From positions 1,444,280 through 1,508,279 of the forward strand of contig OZ251980.1 in NCBI GenBank assembly GCA_965246745.1: a DNA stretch of 64,000 bases, given 5' to 3'. The position numbers and the translations under genes were made by a program. Position 1 is the stretch's first letter; the number at the start of each line of letters is the position of its first letter. Of this stretch, positions 1-9,094 are shown piece by piece. A model generated the notes under the pieces. The model saw only the letters and a program-made list of their open reading frames with translations, was not told where the DNA came from and ran no database searches. The DNA comes from Capsulimonadaceae bacterium (GTDB lineage: Bacteria; Armatimonadota; Armatimonadia; Armatimonadales; Capsulimonadaceae).

Positions 1-633
1 GAGGCTTCCCAGGCCGGCCCGGCGGCGCACCGCCCGAAACGGCGGCTGCGGGCGCGGCAGCATGTGTTCGATCCCTTCGCGGGCGCTTAGGGGAACATCT
101 TTCTCGGCGTCCGGCAGCGCCGCCATTTTCTCCCAAAACGCGCCGGGATCAGCCCGGCTTTTCTCGGCGACCTCGCGCAGCCAGGCATGGTCTTCCGCCA
201 GCACAAACGGCCGCCCGCCGGCTTTCAGGCCCGCCGCGTAGCCGGCCAGAATCGCCGTGCAAGCCGCGCCGCGCCGTGTTTGCAGCTCGTCTGCAAGCGA
301 GACGCTGACAGCCAGCCGGACCAAATCTATCGTGTACGGCATCACAGCGGCTTCGTCGAAATCGTTGACTCCCCAAACAAGCCGCCCTTCGGTGTCCCGC
401 CAGGTGCCGAAATTGGCGGCATGCAGGTCGCCGGCCGCCAGCACCCTCGGCGCGTCGGCTTCTTTCGGGCAGATGGCCGGAAACACCTGCGCCCAGCGGT
501 AGAACGTCCCCCGCAGAAACGCAAACGCCCCTGTCGTCATTTGCTGATGCTTGAAGTCCAGGTCGGCCGGCACCAGCGCGGTTTGCTCGCCGAGCCAGGC
601 TTCATACTTCTGAGTCGCGGTTTGGATATTCAT
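1..633 (-). CDS. DUF2252-like (aminoglycoside-phosphotransferase-fold) protein, 3' part; the gene continues beyond the window start
   Basis: Reverse-complement translation from the ATG at 633..631 gives MNIQTATQKYEAWLGEQTALVPADLDFKHQQMTTGAFAFLRGTFYRWAQ...DLHAANFGTWRDTEGRLVWGVNDFDEA. There is no stop before position 1. The FAFLRGT...RW and DLHAANFG motifs are typical of DUF2252 and APH-fold proteins. It is not in the ORF track because it is open-ended. Confidence 0.5.
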   Translation of the reverse strand, partial: MNIQTATQKYEAWLGEQTALVPADLDFKHQQMTTGAFAFLRGTFYRWAQVFPAICPKEADAPRVLAAGDLHAANFGTWRDTEGRLVWGVNDFDEAAVMPYTIDLVRLAVSVSLADELQTRRGAACTAILAGYAAGLKAGGRPFVLAEDHAWLREVAEKSRADPGAFWEKMAALPDAEKDVPLSAREGIEHMLPRPQPPFRAVRRRAGLGSL

Positions 634-684
634 GGGGTGTGGAAAAAAGCGCAGGCGGGGAATTCTGCGGCCTTTTCAGCCCGC

Positions 685-1155
685 TTACCGCAGCAGGTCG
701 GCATACACGCCCGGCACGCTGCCGGGGATGACGATTGCGCCGACGGCTTTTCGGTAAAACTCGACCGGCCCCGCCGCGCCGATGATGGCATACGCATAGC
801 CGAGGTCGTGCAGGCCCCACAGCGATTCAATCAAAAGCGCTTTGCCGATGCCGCGTCCCCGAAAGGCCGGGTCCACGCCGGTCGGGCCGAAGAACGCTTT
901 GCGGGTGGCGTCAAACGCCGCAAAGCCGACAATGGTTTTCCCCGACAGCGCCAGAAAGCTTGACACCGGCTGCCGTGCAAGGGTGACAGCCATTTCGTCG
1001 GCCCAGCTTACGGAGAATTTGCTTTCGACAAACGCCCGCACGGGGGTCAGCTCAAACGAGTTCGGGCGGCGCAGCAGAATGCCGGCGGCGGCGACGCCGG
1101 CCGCGCCGTGGGCGCGGGGCGGCAGGGAATACAAAGGTACGAGAAGGTCGGGCAT
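685..1155 (-). CDS. GNAT family N-acetyltransferase
   Basis: 156 aa ORF. Its acetyl-CoA-binding motif region (FRGRGIGKALL) and fold pattern are typical of GNAT enzymes. Confidence 0.8.
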   Translation of the reverse strand: MPDLLVPLYSLPPRAHGAAGVAAAGILLRRPNSFELTPVRAFVESKFSVSWADEMAVTLARQPVSSFLALSGKTIVGFAAFDATRKAFFGPTGVDPAFRGRGIGKALLIESLWGLHDLGYAYAIIGAAGPVEFYRKAVGAIVIPGSVPGVYADLLR

Positions 1156-1204
1156 AGGCGGCAGTTCAACGCGGGGCGTCGAAAATCCTGCCGGGGCGGT
1201 TTAC

Positions 1205-1440
1205 TCGCCGAAGCCACGGATTGAAAGCTACGGATTAGGAGCCACAGATTAGGAGCCACGGATTGAAATCCGAGGCTGGAACAAACCAGTGTCGAAGCGA
1301 CACAAGAAAGAGGGTACAGGCAATTCCCGCGTCGCGGCGACTGCACGGGCAGACCCGGAGGGCGCTGGTTTATCCGAGCCTCGGATTTCAATCCGTGGCT
1401 TCTAATCCATGGCTTTTGTTTTGCCTCCGTAGCTTTCGTC
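1205..1440. repeat. Large imperfect palindromic intergenic element. It has ~26 bp near-perfect inverted arms (gccacggattgaaatccgaggct at about 1254-1278 and agcctcggatttcaatccgtggc at about 1377-1401), plus additional partial arm copies (ggattaggagccaca x2, gaaagctacgga on both sides).
   Basis: Read directly from the sequence. The arms are reverse complements with a single mismatch and are separated by about 97 bp. Confidence 0.55.
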
Positions 1441-1442
1441 AT

Positions 1443-2024
1443 TTACTCCGCAACCGCGTTCAGTGTTTTCAGCAGCTCCGTCGCCAGCGTGAACGCGGCG
1501 GGGTCCTGCGCGAACAAGTCCGGGTGCAGGGCGCGGGCCAGCAGGCGGCGGGCGCGGCGGCGCTCTTCCGGGGCCAGGCGGGCGGCGACCGCATCCAAAG
1601 CGCCGCCGGCGGTGCTGCGTCCGTGGGCGGCCTGCCGCGCGAGCTTCTGCTCCGCCGCCGCCAGCTTCGCTTCAGCGCTTTTGGCCCGCTCCCGCATCTC
1701 GTCCCAGCTTGCTTCCAGCTCGGCAAGCTGCCGGCGCAGGTCGCGCACTTTGGCCTTCTGCGCGGTGTGCCGGGCGCAGATTTTCTCGTGCAGGGCGGCG
1801 TCTACCGTGCGCGGGCCGTCGCCTTTGGCCCCGATCAATTCCCGCAGGTCTTGGGAGCGGTAAATGGTGGCCCGCGAAACGCCCGCCCGCGCGGCGATGT
1901 CGGCGACGGAAAATGCGGCCCCGATTTTTTCCAGTTCTTTCAATGCGGTTTTGACCCGCAGGCGGCGGGCATCGGGGTCCTGCGGCTTGGCCCCCCGCGC
2001 CCGCACTTCGTTCAGTTTGCTCAC
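1443..2024 (-). CDS. hypothetical DNA-binding protein with an N-terminal HTH and a coiled-coil region
   Basis: 193 aa. The HTH-like segment is AAFSVADIAARAGVSRATIYR, followed by a charged, Ala-rich helical region. There is no clear family match. Confidence 0.4.
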   Translation of the reverse strand: MSKLNEVRARGAKPQDPDARRLRVKTALKELEKIGAAFSVADIAARAGVSRATIYRSQDLRELIGAKGDGPRTVDAALHEKICARHTAQKAKVRDLRRQLAELEASWDEMRERAKSAEAKLAAAEQKLARQAAHGRSTAGGALDAVAARLAPEERRRARRLLARALHPDLFAQDPAAFTLATELLKTLNAVAE

Positions 2025-2081
2025 ACGGTCTATTCTGACACAATCGCGCCCTGAATTCTACCGACCGCTGCTTTCCAGCCG

Positions 2082-3011
2082 TTACTTTCCGCCCAGCACG
2101 GTCATCAGGCGAATCAAACTCGGGCCGAGCAGAACCACGAAAACCGCCGGAAAGATAAAGAAAATCAGCGGAAACAGCAGCGTCACCGGCAGACGCGCGG
2201 CCTGCTCGCGGACGGTCTGAAGCTTAGCGGCGCGGGCCAGGCCGCTTTGCGCCCGCAGCACCCGCCCGATGGGTATCCCAAAGCGGTCGGCCTGCGCCAG
2301 CGCCGCCGTGAATGTCTTGACTTCGCGCATCTCAAGCCGCGCCGCCATGTCCCTTAAAGCCGCCGTGCGGGTCTTGCCGAGCATCGTTTCTTCCCGCGCC
2401 CGTGTCAGCTCGGCCGGCAGCGGCCCGGTCATCTTTTCGGAAACTTTCCCCAGCGCGGCATCGAGGCTCAGGCCGGCTTCGACGCTGACGACGAGTAAAT
2501 CTATCACTTCCGGCAGCGCCCGGCGAATAAGCGCTTCCCGCCGCCGGACCGCCGACTGCACCAGCGACTCGGGCAGCGCCAGGCCGAGCGCCAGACCGAT
2601 CACGACGGCAAGCACGCGCAGATTCGGCGGCAGGCCGGCGCACGCCGCCAAAGCCAGCGAAACGCCGGCCGCCGCGCCGGCCACGCGCAGGGCGGCAAAC
2701 TCGCCGACCCCGAGCTTCGGCAGACCCGCCCGCGCGAGCAGGCCGCGCAGCCGGTCCGACGCCCCCGCCGGGGTCAGGCGCAGGCCCCACGCCGCCAGCC
2801 GCGCCCGCACCGGCAGCCAAAACCGCTCCTGCCAGCCGCCGTCAAGCTGCTCTTCCGCCAGCGACCGCCGGGCCGAGCTTTCGCCGTCGCCGCGCCGCCC
2901 CACTGCCGCCAGCCGGGCGGCCAGCGCCCGCCGCTCGTGTCCGGTGTGTCCGGCCACAGCCCGCGCCAGCCCGGCCCCGCACGCAAAAGCTAAAAGTAAA
3001 AGTAAAAGCAT
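2082..3011 (-). CDS. tadC: Flp pilus assembly protein TadC (T2SSF/GspF-like domain)
   Basis: 309 aa membrane protein. The T2SSF-like C-terminal region is LGKTRTAALRDMAARLE...FGIPIGRVLRAQS...LLFPLIFFIFPAVFVVLLGP. Its position in the tad locus is consistent. Confidence 0.8.
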   Translation of the reverse strand: MLLLLLLAFACGAGLARAVAGHTGHERRALAARLAAVGRRGDGESSARRSLAEEQLDGGWQERFWLPVRARLAAWGLRLTPAGASDRLRGLLARAGLPKLGVGEFAALRVAGAAAGVSLALAACAGLPPNLRVLAVVIGLALGLALPESLVQSAVRRREALIRRALPEVIDLLVVSVEAGLSLDAALGKVSEKMTGPLPAELTRAREETMLGKTRTAALRDMAARLEMREVKTFTAALAQADRFGIPIGRVLRAQSGLARAAKLQTVREQAARLPVTLLFPLIFFIFPAVFVVLLGPSLIRLMTVLGGK

Positions 3012-3017
3012 AGCAGA

Positions 3018-3974
3018 TCAGATTTCCAGCGCGGTCATGCGGCGGATCAGCAGGGCACCGACCCCCTGCCCGGCGACTGCGCCGCCGATCAGCCAATGCC
3101 CAAACGGACTTTGCAGCAGCGGCCCGAAATACTCCGGGCTTTTCAGGGTCAAAATCAGCGCCAGCGCCGGGGCCAGCACAATCAAAATCACCGCCGACAA
3201 GCGCCCTTCGGCAGTCAGCGTCTGCACTTCGCCCGTGACCCGCACCCGCTCGCGGATGGTGTCGGCGATGGCGTCCAAGACTTCCGCCAGGTTGCCGCCG
3301 AGCGGAAGCTGAATCAAAATCGCCGTCCCGACTAAATCAAGGTCGGGCGACGGCACCCGCGCCAGGACCCGGCGCAGCGCGGTTTCCAGCGGGACGCCGA
3401 GCGCGGCTTCGCCCGACGCCCACGCAAACTCGGCCGCCAGCGGCGGCGGCAGCTCGTCGGCGGCGGTCTGCATCGCCGCTGAAAACGAAAGCCCGGCCCG
3501 CAGCGCCGACGACAGAAGCATCAAAGCATCGGGAAGCTGCGTTTCGCACCGCCGAAGCCGTGCCTGCCGCCGCCCCTGCAGCGCCAGCGACGCGCCCAGC
3601 GGCCCAAGCGCGGCCAGGCCGAGCGCGGGAACAAGGCGGCCGGACACGAGCAGCCCGCACAGAAAGCCCGCCACGGTCAGCCCGGCGCACAGCGCCAGCC
3701 ATTCGGCGGGGCGCAGGCGCAGATCGGCTTGCAGCATCGCCAGCCGCAGGCGCGGCTCGAACTCCTGCGCGGACAGCCAGCGGGTCACGGTCGGCAAAGG
3801 GTCGGGCCGCAGGCCGCGCTCGGTTTCCGGCAGGGGCGGCGCGGCGGCGGCGGGCCTGCCGGCGAGGCGGTCCAGCCGCGCTTGCAACCCGGTCCGGCGG
3901 CGGCTGTGGAGGAGCGCAAAAACCCCGCCGAAGGCCGCGACAAAGCTGAGAAGGGCAATAAATAACGGGTTCAT
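3018..3974 (-). CDS. tadB: Flp pilus assembly protein TadB (T2SSF domain)
   Basis: 318 aa protein with TM segments and a T2SSF-like region. It lies directly downstream of cpaF. Confidence 0.8.
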   Translation of the reverse strand: MNPLFIALLSFVAAFGGVFALLHSRRRTGLQARLDRLAGRPAAAAPPLPETERGLRPDPLPTVTRWLSAQEFEPRLRLAMLQADLRLRPAEWLALCAGLTVAGFLCGLLVSGRLVPALGLAALGPLGASLALQGRRQARLRRCETQLPDALMLLSSALRAGLSFSAAMQTAADELPPPLAAEFAWASGEAALGVPLETALRRVLARVPSPDLDLVGTAILIQLPLGGNLAEVLDAIADTIRERVRVTGEVQTLTAEGRLSAVILIVLAPALALILTLKSPEYFGPLLQSPFGHWLIGGAVAGQGVGALLIRRMTALEI

Positions 3975-3995
3975 AAGAGTTTATCAAAAGCGCGT

Positions 3996-5183
3996 TTAGG
4001 CCGGCGTCAGCCTGTCCTGAGTTTCATCCCAGCGAAAAATGTCCGTGACGCGCAGGCTGCCGTGGGCGTCCAGGCCGGCCACCTCGGACACCTGAGTCAC
4101 CCGGCGGCGGCCGTCGGGCAGCCGCTGCTGCTGCACCACCCGCTGCACCGCCGACGCGACCTGCTCGCGGACGGCCCGCAGCGGCAGGTCCGCGCCGGAC
4201 AGCAGGGTCAGCGTTTCCAGCCGCGACAGGGCATCGCGCGGGCTGTTGGCGTGGATCGTAGACAGCGAGCCGTCGTGCCCGGTGTTCAGCGCTTGCAGCA
4301 GGTCCAAAGCCTCGCCGCCGCGCACTTCGCCGAGCAGCAGCCGGTCGGGCCGCATCCGCAGGGCATTGCGGACAAGCTGCCGGATGGACACTTCGCCCCG
4401 GCCTTCCAAATTCGGCGGGCGGCTTTCCAAAGAAACCACATGCGCCTGCTGGAGCTGCAATTCGGCGGCGTCTTCAATCGTGATGATCCGCTCGGCTTCC
4501 GGGATAAACGACGACAGGGCATTGAGCGTCGTGGTCTTGCCGCTGCCGGTGCCGCCGGACACCAGGATATTCAGGCGGCTTTCGACGCTTCGGCGCAGAA
4601 ACTCGGCGGCGGCTTCGGTCAGCGTCCCCAGGCGGATCAAGTCGGCGACGCGCAGCGGCGACCGGGAAAACTTGCGGATCGTCAAGATCGGCCCGCGCAC
4701 CGACAGCGGCGGCAGGCAGATGTTGACCCGGCTGCCGTCGGCCAGCCTCGCATCGGCCATTGGCGACGATTCATCGGCGCGGCGGCCCAACGGGGCGAGA
4801 ATGCGCTCGATAATGCGCCGCAGGTGCGCTTCGTCGTCAAACGCGGTCTCGGTCAAAGTCAAGCGACCGCCGCGCTCGGCGTACACCTGCGCCGGGCCGT
4901 TGACCAGGATTTCGGAAACATCGTCGTCGGCCAGCAGCGGCTCCAGCGGCCCGAGGCCGGTCAGCTCATGCAGGACCGACTGCACCAATGTGTCCCGCTG
5001 CCGCCCGGTCAGCGCGGCGTTTTCCTCGGCCACCAGCCGCGACGCCGCCGCCGCGACCTGCGCGGCAAGCGCTTCGCGGGGCAGGCGGCCCAGGCGCGGG
5101 GCATCGGTCTCGGCCAGCAGCCGGGCATGCACCCGGCGCTTCCACCGCGAAAGCTCCAATGAAATCTCAGCGGCGGGCGGCAT
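3996..5183 (-). CDS. cpaF: CpaF/TadA secretion ATPase (VirB11/GspE family)
   Basis: It contains Walker A (VSGGTGSGKTTTLNALS), Walker B (AHVVSLESRP/ITIEDAAELQL) and a His box. The start is probably the internal Met (MPPAAEISLEL), which gives a short overlap with the cpaE stop. Confidence 0.85.
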   Translation of the reverse strand: MPPAAEISLELSRWKRRVHARLLAETDAPRLGRLPREALAAQVAAAASRLVAEENAALTGRQRDTLVQSVLHELTGLGPLEPLLADDDVSEILVNGPAQVYAERGGRLTLTETAFDDEAHLRRIIERILAPLGRRADESSPMADARLADGSRVNICLPPLSVRGPILTIRKFSRSPLRVADLIRLGTLTEAAAEFLRRSVESRLNILVSGGTGSGKTTTLNALSSFIPEAERIITIEDAAELQLQQAHVVSLESRPPNLEGRGEVSIRQLVRNALRMRPDRLLLGEVRGGEALDLLQALNTGHDGSLSTIHANSPRDALSRLETLTLLSGADLPLRAVREQVASAVQRVVQQQRLPDGRRRVTQVSEVAGLDAHGSLRVTDIFRWDETQDRLTPA

Positions 5184-6297
5184 AAAGGCTCCTCCCCAGC
5201 GCGGACACGGCGCACGCGGCGCGGCTGCTCGGATGCGACAGCACAAACGGAATGCCGCTGTTGACCGATGCCGGGACAATTTTGCCGTCGTTCGGGATTT
5301 GCCAGTCGGCGGGCCGCCCCAGCGCCCGCGCGGCGTCGGCGGGCTGCAATTTATTGGACGGCGCGGCGCGGTTCAAGCCCACCTGCACGGTGTTCAGCGG
5401 GACGGCATCCAGCCACAGCCGGGTCGCCGCCAGCGTCGCCAGGTCAAACAAATTGGCCGTCAGCAGCACGCAGTCGGCTTCTTCGAGCACGCGGCGGGAC
5501 GCTTCGCTCAGCGCCGCCGGCAGGTCCACGACAATGTGGGCGTATTCGCCGCGCAGCAGCGCCAGCAGCCGGTCCAAAAGCGCAAGCGTCAGGCCGTCGG
5601 CGTCCATCGGGGCCGCCGCGCCGGCCAGCAGCGCGAGGCCGCACGCATGCCGCTCGGCGTGGTCTTCCACCAGCGCGGCGTCCCAGTCCGCCGGGTCTGC
5701 CAGCGCCCAGTCCGCGAGAGTTCGGCGCGGAAAAAGGTTCAGCAGCAGGGCGGCGTCCGCAAACTGCGTGTGCAGGTCCAAAAGCACGGTCCGCTCGCCG
5801 GTTTCCGCCGCCAGCGCCGCCGCGAGGTTCACGGCCAGGGTGGTGGTGCCGACCCCGCCTTTCGCGCTCGTGACGGCGACAATCCGGCCCGGCGGCCGGG
5901 CGTCGGCGGCGGGCGTGCTGCGCCGGTGCAGGTCGGCATACACCGACTGCACGGCGGCTTGCAGCGCGGCCGCCCCGGCGGTGCGGCAGACGACTTCCCG
6001 CGCTCCCGCCCGCATCGCCCGCCGCAGGGCGGCGTCGGAGTCGTCGGCGCAGACCAAAATCGTTTCCAGCGGCAGGCCCGCCGCCGAAAGCGCCGCCGCC
6101 GCCGCAAAGCCGCCGTCCGGCGGCAGGTCGTCGGCAATCAAGACCACTTCTGGCCGCAGCACACGCGCCAGCCGCAGGCACTCGCCGCCGTCGCGGGCCG
6201 CGCCGAGGATTTCGATCTGCGCGTCCGAAGACAGCGCGGCTTGAAGCTGATCGCGGCGCTCGGGATGAGGGTCGGCGAGAAGTGTATGGATTGGCAT
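5167..6297 (-). CDS. cpaE: CpaE/TadZ: N-terminal receiver-like domain fused to a ParA/MinD-type ATPase
   Basis: 376 aa. The deviant Walker A is VTSAKGGVGTTTLAVNLAAALA, and the N-terminal region has a CheY-like fold pattern. Confidence 0.8.
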   Translation of the reverse strand: MPIHTLLADPHPERRDQLQAALSSDAQIEILGAARDGGECLRLARVLRPEVVLIADDLPPDGGFAAAAALSAAGLPLETILVCADDSDAALRRAMRAGAREVVCRTAGAAALQAAVQSVYADLHRRSTPAADARPPGRIVAVTSAKGGVGTTTLAVNLAAALAAETGERTVLLDLHTQFADAALLLNLFPRRTLADWALADPADWDAALVEDHAERHACGLALLAGAAAPMDADGLTLALLDRLLALLRGEYAHIVVDLPAALSEASRRVLEEADCVLLTANLFDLATLAATRLWLDAVPLNTVQVGLNRAAPSNKLQPADAARALGRPADWQIPNDGKIVPASVNSGIPFVLSHPSSRAACAVSALGRSLYAARR

Positions 6298-6314
6298 GGC
6301 GGTGTCCCACTATT

Positions 6315-8084
6315 CTACGGCTCCGGCAGATTAACCGGCGGGCCGGGCTTGCCCGTGTCCCCGCCGCCGTGCTGAAGCTCAGGAAAATCTTTGTCGAAAT
6401 CGGTGCGCCCGTCGCCGGGCCGGGCAATCGGCGGGTTTTCGAGGCTGCCGGGCGGCGGCGGAAACGCCTCGGTCGTCGCCGGGGTGACAATCTCGGGCTG
6501 GATCAAAATCAGCAGCTCGCTTTCTTCTTTGCGGGTCTGGGTGTTCTTGAAAAACTCGCCAAGCACCGGGATTTGGCTGAGCAGCGGAATTCGGCTTACC
6601 TGACGCGAGGCCGTGCTGCTGTACAGGCCGCCGATGACCAGTGTTTCGCCGTCGGCCATTTGCAGCGTGGAAGTCGCCCGGCGAACGGTCAGCGCGGGCA
6701 CCGAAAAGCCGGAAAGCTGGAGGCCCGCGCCGTAGTTCAGCTCGCTGACTTCCGGCGTCACGGTCATCTGGACAATTTTGTCGCCGATCAGCGACGCGTT
6801 GACCAGCAGGCGGACGCCGTAAGGCTTGTATTCAATCGCTACCGAGGCGCTTGCGCCGAGGGTGCCGCTGCTGGACTGGGCGACAGGAATAGGAATCTCG
6901 CCGCCGACCAGAATGCTGCCGTCGCAGCCGTCCAGCACCATCAGTCGCGGCTCGCTCAGCACCCGCGCTTTGTTTTCGGCGATTAAAGCGTTGAGCTGGG
7001 CCGCAAACGGCGAAATTCGGTTGAGGCTGCCGCCGCCGAGCAGGCTGGAATACGCCGAATTGACTGCGCCGGATTGGCCGAACAAAATCGGCTGCGGCTG
7101 AAACGTGTAAGTGCTGCCGCCGCGCCCTGCCGACAATCCGCCGGTGCCCCACTCCACGCCGAGGCTTTTTGTCGCGCTGCGGTTGATGTCTATGATCTTG
7201 GCTCGGACAAGTATCTGCCGGGTCGGGCCGCCGCCCAGATTCAGTAAATTGATGACTTTGAGGTCGGGCGGCAGGGAATGAATCAGCGTGTCGAGCGGGT
7301 CCGACGGCGCGGCATCGGACGCCAATCTCCCGCCGCTCGGCTTGCGCGGGTCTTTGGCCGGGTCCGCGTCGTCGGCCGGCTCCGTGCCGGCGCTGTCGCC
7401 CTCGGCTTTGCGCTTGCTGCGGCGGCGCGGCTGCGGCGCGGGCCACTCGGCGGCTTCGGCGGACACGCCCGGCGCGGCGGGGCGGCGTCGGTACTGCCCG
7501 GACAGGGCCAGGGTCTTGTCGCCCACAATTTGCACGGAAATCCCGAGCGGCGCAAGCGGCGGGGTCAGCAGCGCGGCGTAGGTCTCGGCCAGGGTCGGCG
7601 CGGGGACGGACGCGGGCACGACGGCAATCAGATTTTTGATTTTGGGCGCATACACCCCGGCAATCGCGGCGGCCCGCTGGGCGGCGACGGCAGTGGGGAC
7701 GCTGCCTTCCAAAAAAACCGTGTCGCCGTAGGCACGCACGCGGACGCCGGGCAGGCCGACGGCGGCCTGCACGGCGGCGGCGACCGGGGCGAGGCTGACG
7801 GCGGGCGGGCCGACCACTGTGAGGCGCAGGCGGTGAGCGCCGGCATGGTCGCAGACAAACAGCATGGTCTGTCCCAAGCTCTTGGCATTGACCAGCAGCC
7901 GCCGCGATGACAGCGGGACAATATCGGCGACCGCCGGGCTGCCGACAGCGGCGGTGGTCATGCGGTCGAACGTGTAAACCTCGGACTGCCCAACGACCAG
8001 TGTTTTCCGGGCGGTCTGCGTCCGGCCCGGCAGGGCCGTTGACAGAAAGCACAGCAGCAGGCAAAGCGTGATTATGGATTTCAT
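6315..8084 (-). CDS. cpaC: Flp pilus secretin CpaC/RcpA
   Basis: From the internal ATG at 8084 the protein starts MKSIITLCLLLCFLSTALPG (a signal peptide). It has a BON-like N-terminal region and a secretin domain (VLSEPRLMVLDGCDGSILVGGEIPIPV ... LILIQPEIV). The 878 aa ORF in the track extends upstream spuriously across cpaB. Confidence 0.8.
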   Translation of the reverse strand: MKSIITLCLLLCFLSTALPGRTQTARKTLVVGQSEVYTFDRMTTAAVGSPAVADIVPLSSRRLLVNAKSLGQTMLFVCDHAGAHRLRLTVVGPPAVSLAPVAAAVQAAVGLPGVRVRAYGDTVFLEGSVPTAVAAQRAAAIAGVYAPKIKNLIAVVPASVPAPTLAETYAALLTPPLAPLGISVQIVGDKTLALSGQYRRRPAAPGVSAEAAEWPAPQPRRRSKRKAEGDSAGTEPADDADPAKDPRKPSGGRLASDAAPSDPLDTLIHSLPPDLKVINLLNLGGGPTRQILVRAKIIDINRSATKSLGVEWGTGGLSAGRGGSTYTFQPQPILFGQSGAVNSAYSSLLGGGSLNRISPFAAQLNALIAENKARVLSEPRLMVLDGCDGSILVGGEIPIPVAQSSSGTLGASASVAIEYKPYGVRLLVNASLIGDKIVQMTVTPEVSELNYGAGLQLSGFSVPALTVRRATSTLQMADGETLVIGGLYSSTASRQVSRIPLLSQIPVLGEFFKNTQTRKEESELLILIQPEIVTPATTEAFPPPPGSLENPPIARPGDGRTDFDKDFPELQHGGGDTGKPGPPVNLPEP

Positions 8085-9013
8085 GGGGCCACCGTCACCG
8101 TCTGGCTGGCCGTGCCCTTGATCACTGTGATTGAGACCGGCGCAGGCGGGCGGGCCGGGGACATCGGCTTGACGACCGGCAGCGGCGGCTGGGGCAGACG
8201 GGGGGCGGGGCGGCGTGCCGGGGACGGCGTTTTGGGTGCCGGGTCCGCTTCGGCGGGGTCCGGCGGCGGAGCGGGCAGGGCCGGCACCGGGGCTTCCGCG
8301 CCGTCGCCGATGGCCCGCAGGGACAAGTGCAGCCGGCCCCGCGCGGCGGCCAGCACCAGCGCCTGGGCCTGCTTGGGAGAAACGGCGACCGTGACATGGG
8401 CCGCGCCGCCGGCGCTTCCCGCCGGGGCCGGCGGGGGATCGGGGGACGTGCTTCCGCCGACCGCCAGCAGGCGGACATTTTGCAGCACGGTCCGCGCCTG
8501 CATCGGGCCGCGCCCCGGCTCGTCGGTCGCAAGCACGTCCACATGGTCTTCGGGCCGAACAAACAGCTCCGTGCCGTCGGCCGGGTCGGTCGCGACCGTG
8601 ACCGCCCGCAGGGCCGGCGGCAGGGCAAACGCCATGCCGAGCGCGGCGCTCGGCGCGGCCACAGCGCTTTCCGTAATCGCGCTGCCGGCGGCAATCGGCG
8701 CGAGGGTGATTTTGCCGGCAAACACGCCCGGCGTTTTGGCCGCGCCTTCGGGGATGTCCCGCACGGCGACGGCCCGCACGGTCAAAAGCGCGGCGCACAG
8801 CCGGGTCCGGGCAGGCAGGTCGCGGGCGGCGACCACGATCCCCACTGTGTCCGGCGTCCCGGCGGCGGCAGGGGTCCGGTCCCGCACCAGCAGAAACGCC
8901 AGCGCGGCGGCGGCCAGTCCGGCAGCGAGGGCAGGCAGGTATGTCCCCCACGGCGGCTTGGGCCGCAGCGTGTAGGGCCGGGTTGGTGCGGGGCGAAGCG
9001 GCGCAATTTGCAT
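8081..9013 (-). CDS. cpaB: Flp pilus assembly protein CpaB (SAF/RcpC domain)
   Basis: 310 aa. It has an N-terminal TM segment and a SAF-like region (VVAARDLPARTRL...). Its stop forms an ATGA overlap with the cpaC start. Confidence 0.75.
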   Translation of the reverse strand: MQIAPLRPAPTRPYTLRPKPPWGTYLPALAAGLAAAALAFLLVRDRTPAAAGTPDTVGIVVAARDLPARTRLCAALLTVRAVAVRDIPEGAAKTPGVFAGKITLAPIAAGSAITESAVAAPSAALGMAFALPPALRAVTVATDPADGTELFVRPEDHVDVLATDEPGRGPMQARTVLQNVRLLAVGGSTSPDPPPAPAGSAGGAAHVTVAVSPKQAQALVLAAARGRLHLSLRAIGDGAEAPVPALPAPPPDPAEADPAPKTPSPARRPAPRLPQPPLPVVKPMSPARPPAPVSITVIKGTASQTVTVAP

Positions 9014-9017
9014 GTCA

Positions 9018-9080
9018 GGTCTTCCGTGATTTTTCTTCCGTGACTTTTCTTCAGTGACTTTTCTTCCGTGACTTTGGAAC
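9018..9080. repeat. Four tandem copies of the ~14 bp unit CTTCCGTGACTTTT in the tadG-cpaB intergenic spacer
   Basis: The sequence reads tcttccgtgattttt cttccgtgactttt cttcagtgactttt cttccgtgacttt. Confidence 0.7.
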
Positions 9081-9094
9081 TGTCTTAACGGCAG

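Noticed and set aside
187-963. 258 aa plus-strand ORF overlapping the DUF2252 and GNAT genes
   Set aside because: It is antisense to two well-supported minus-strand genes. It is Arg/Ala/Gly/Pro-rich, which is typical of a GC-rich artefact frame.
1250-1280. tRNA-like T-arm (ggattgaaatcc) in the palindromic element
   Set aside because: The stem and loop geometry (4 bp stem, 4 nt loop) does not fit a tRNA T-arm, and no acceptor or anticodon arms are apparent.
4246-6375. 709 aa plus-strand ORF across cpaF and cpaE
   Set aside because: It is antisense to two conserved tad genes. Its R/S/A-rich, low-complexity composition marks it as a high-GC artefact.
6315-8951. 878 aa extended form of the secretin ORF
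   Set aside because: The N-terminal 288 codons overlap the cpaB gene in another frame. A signal-peptide-bearing Met at 8084 gives a canonical secretin with an ATGA overlap to cpaB.
9018-9080. Possible CRISPR array
   Set aside because: Only about 4 units of 14 bp, directly tandem with no spacers. This is too short for CRISPR repeats.
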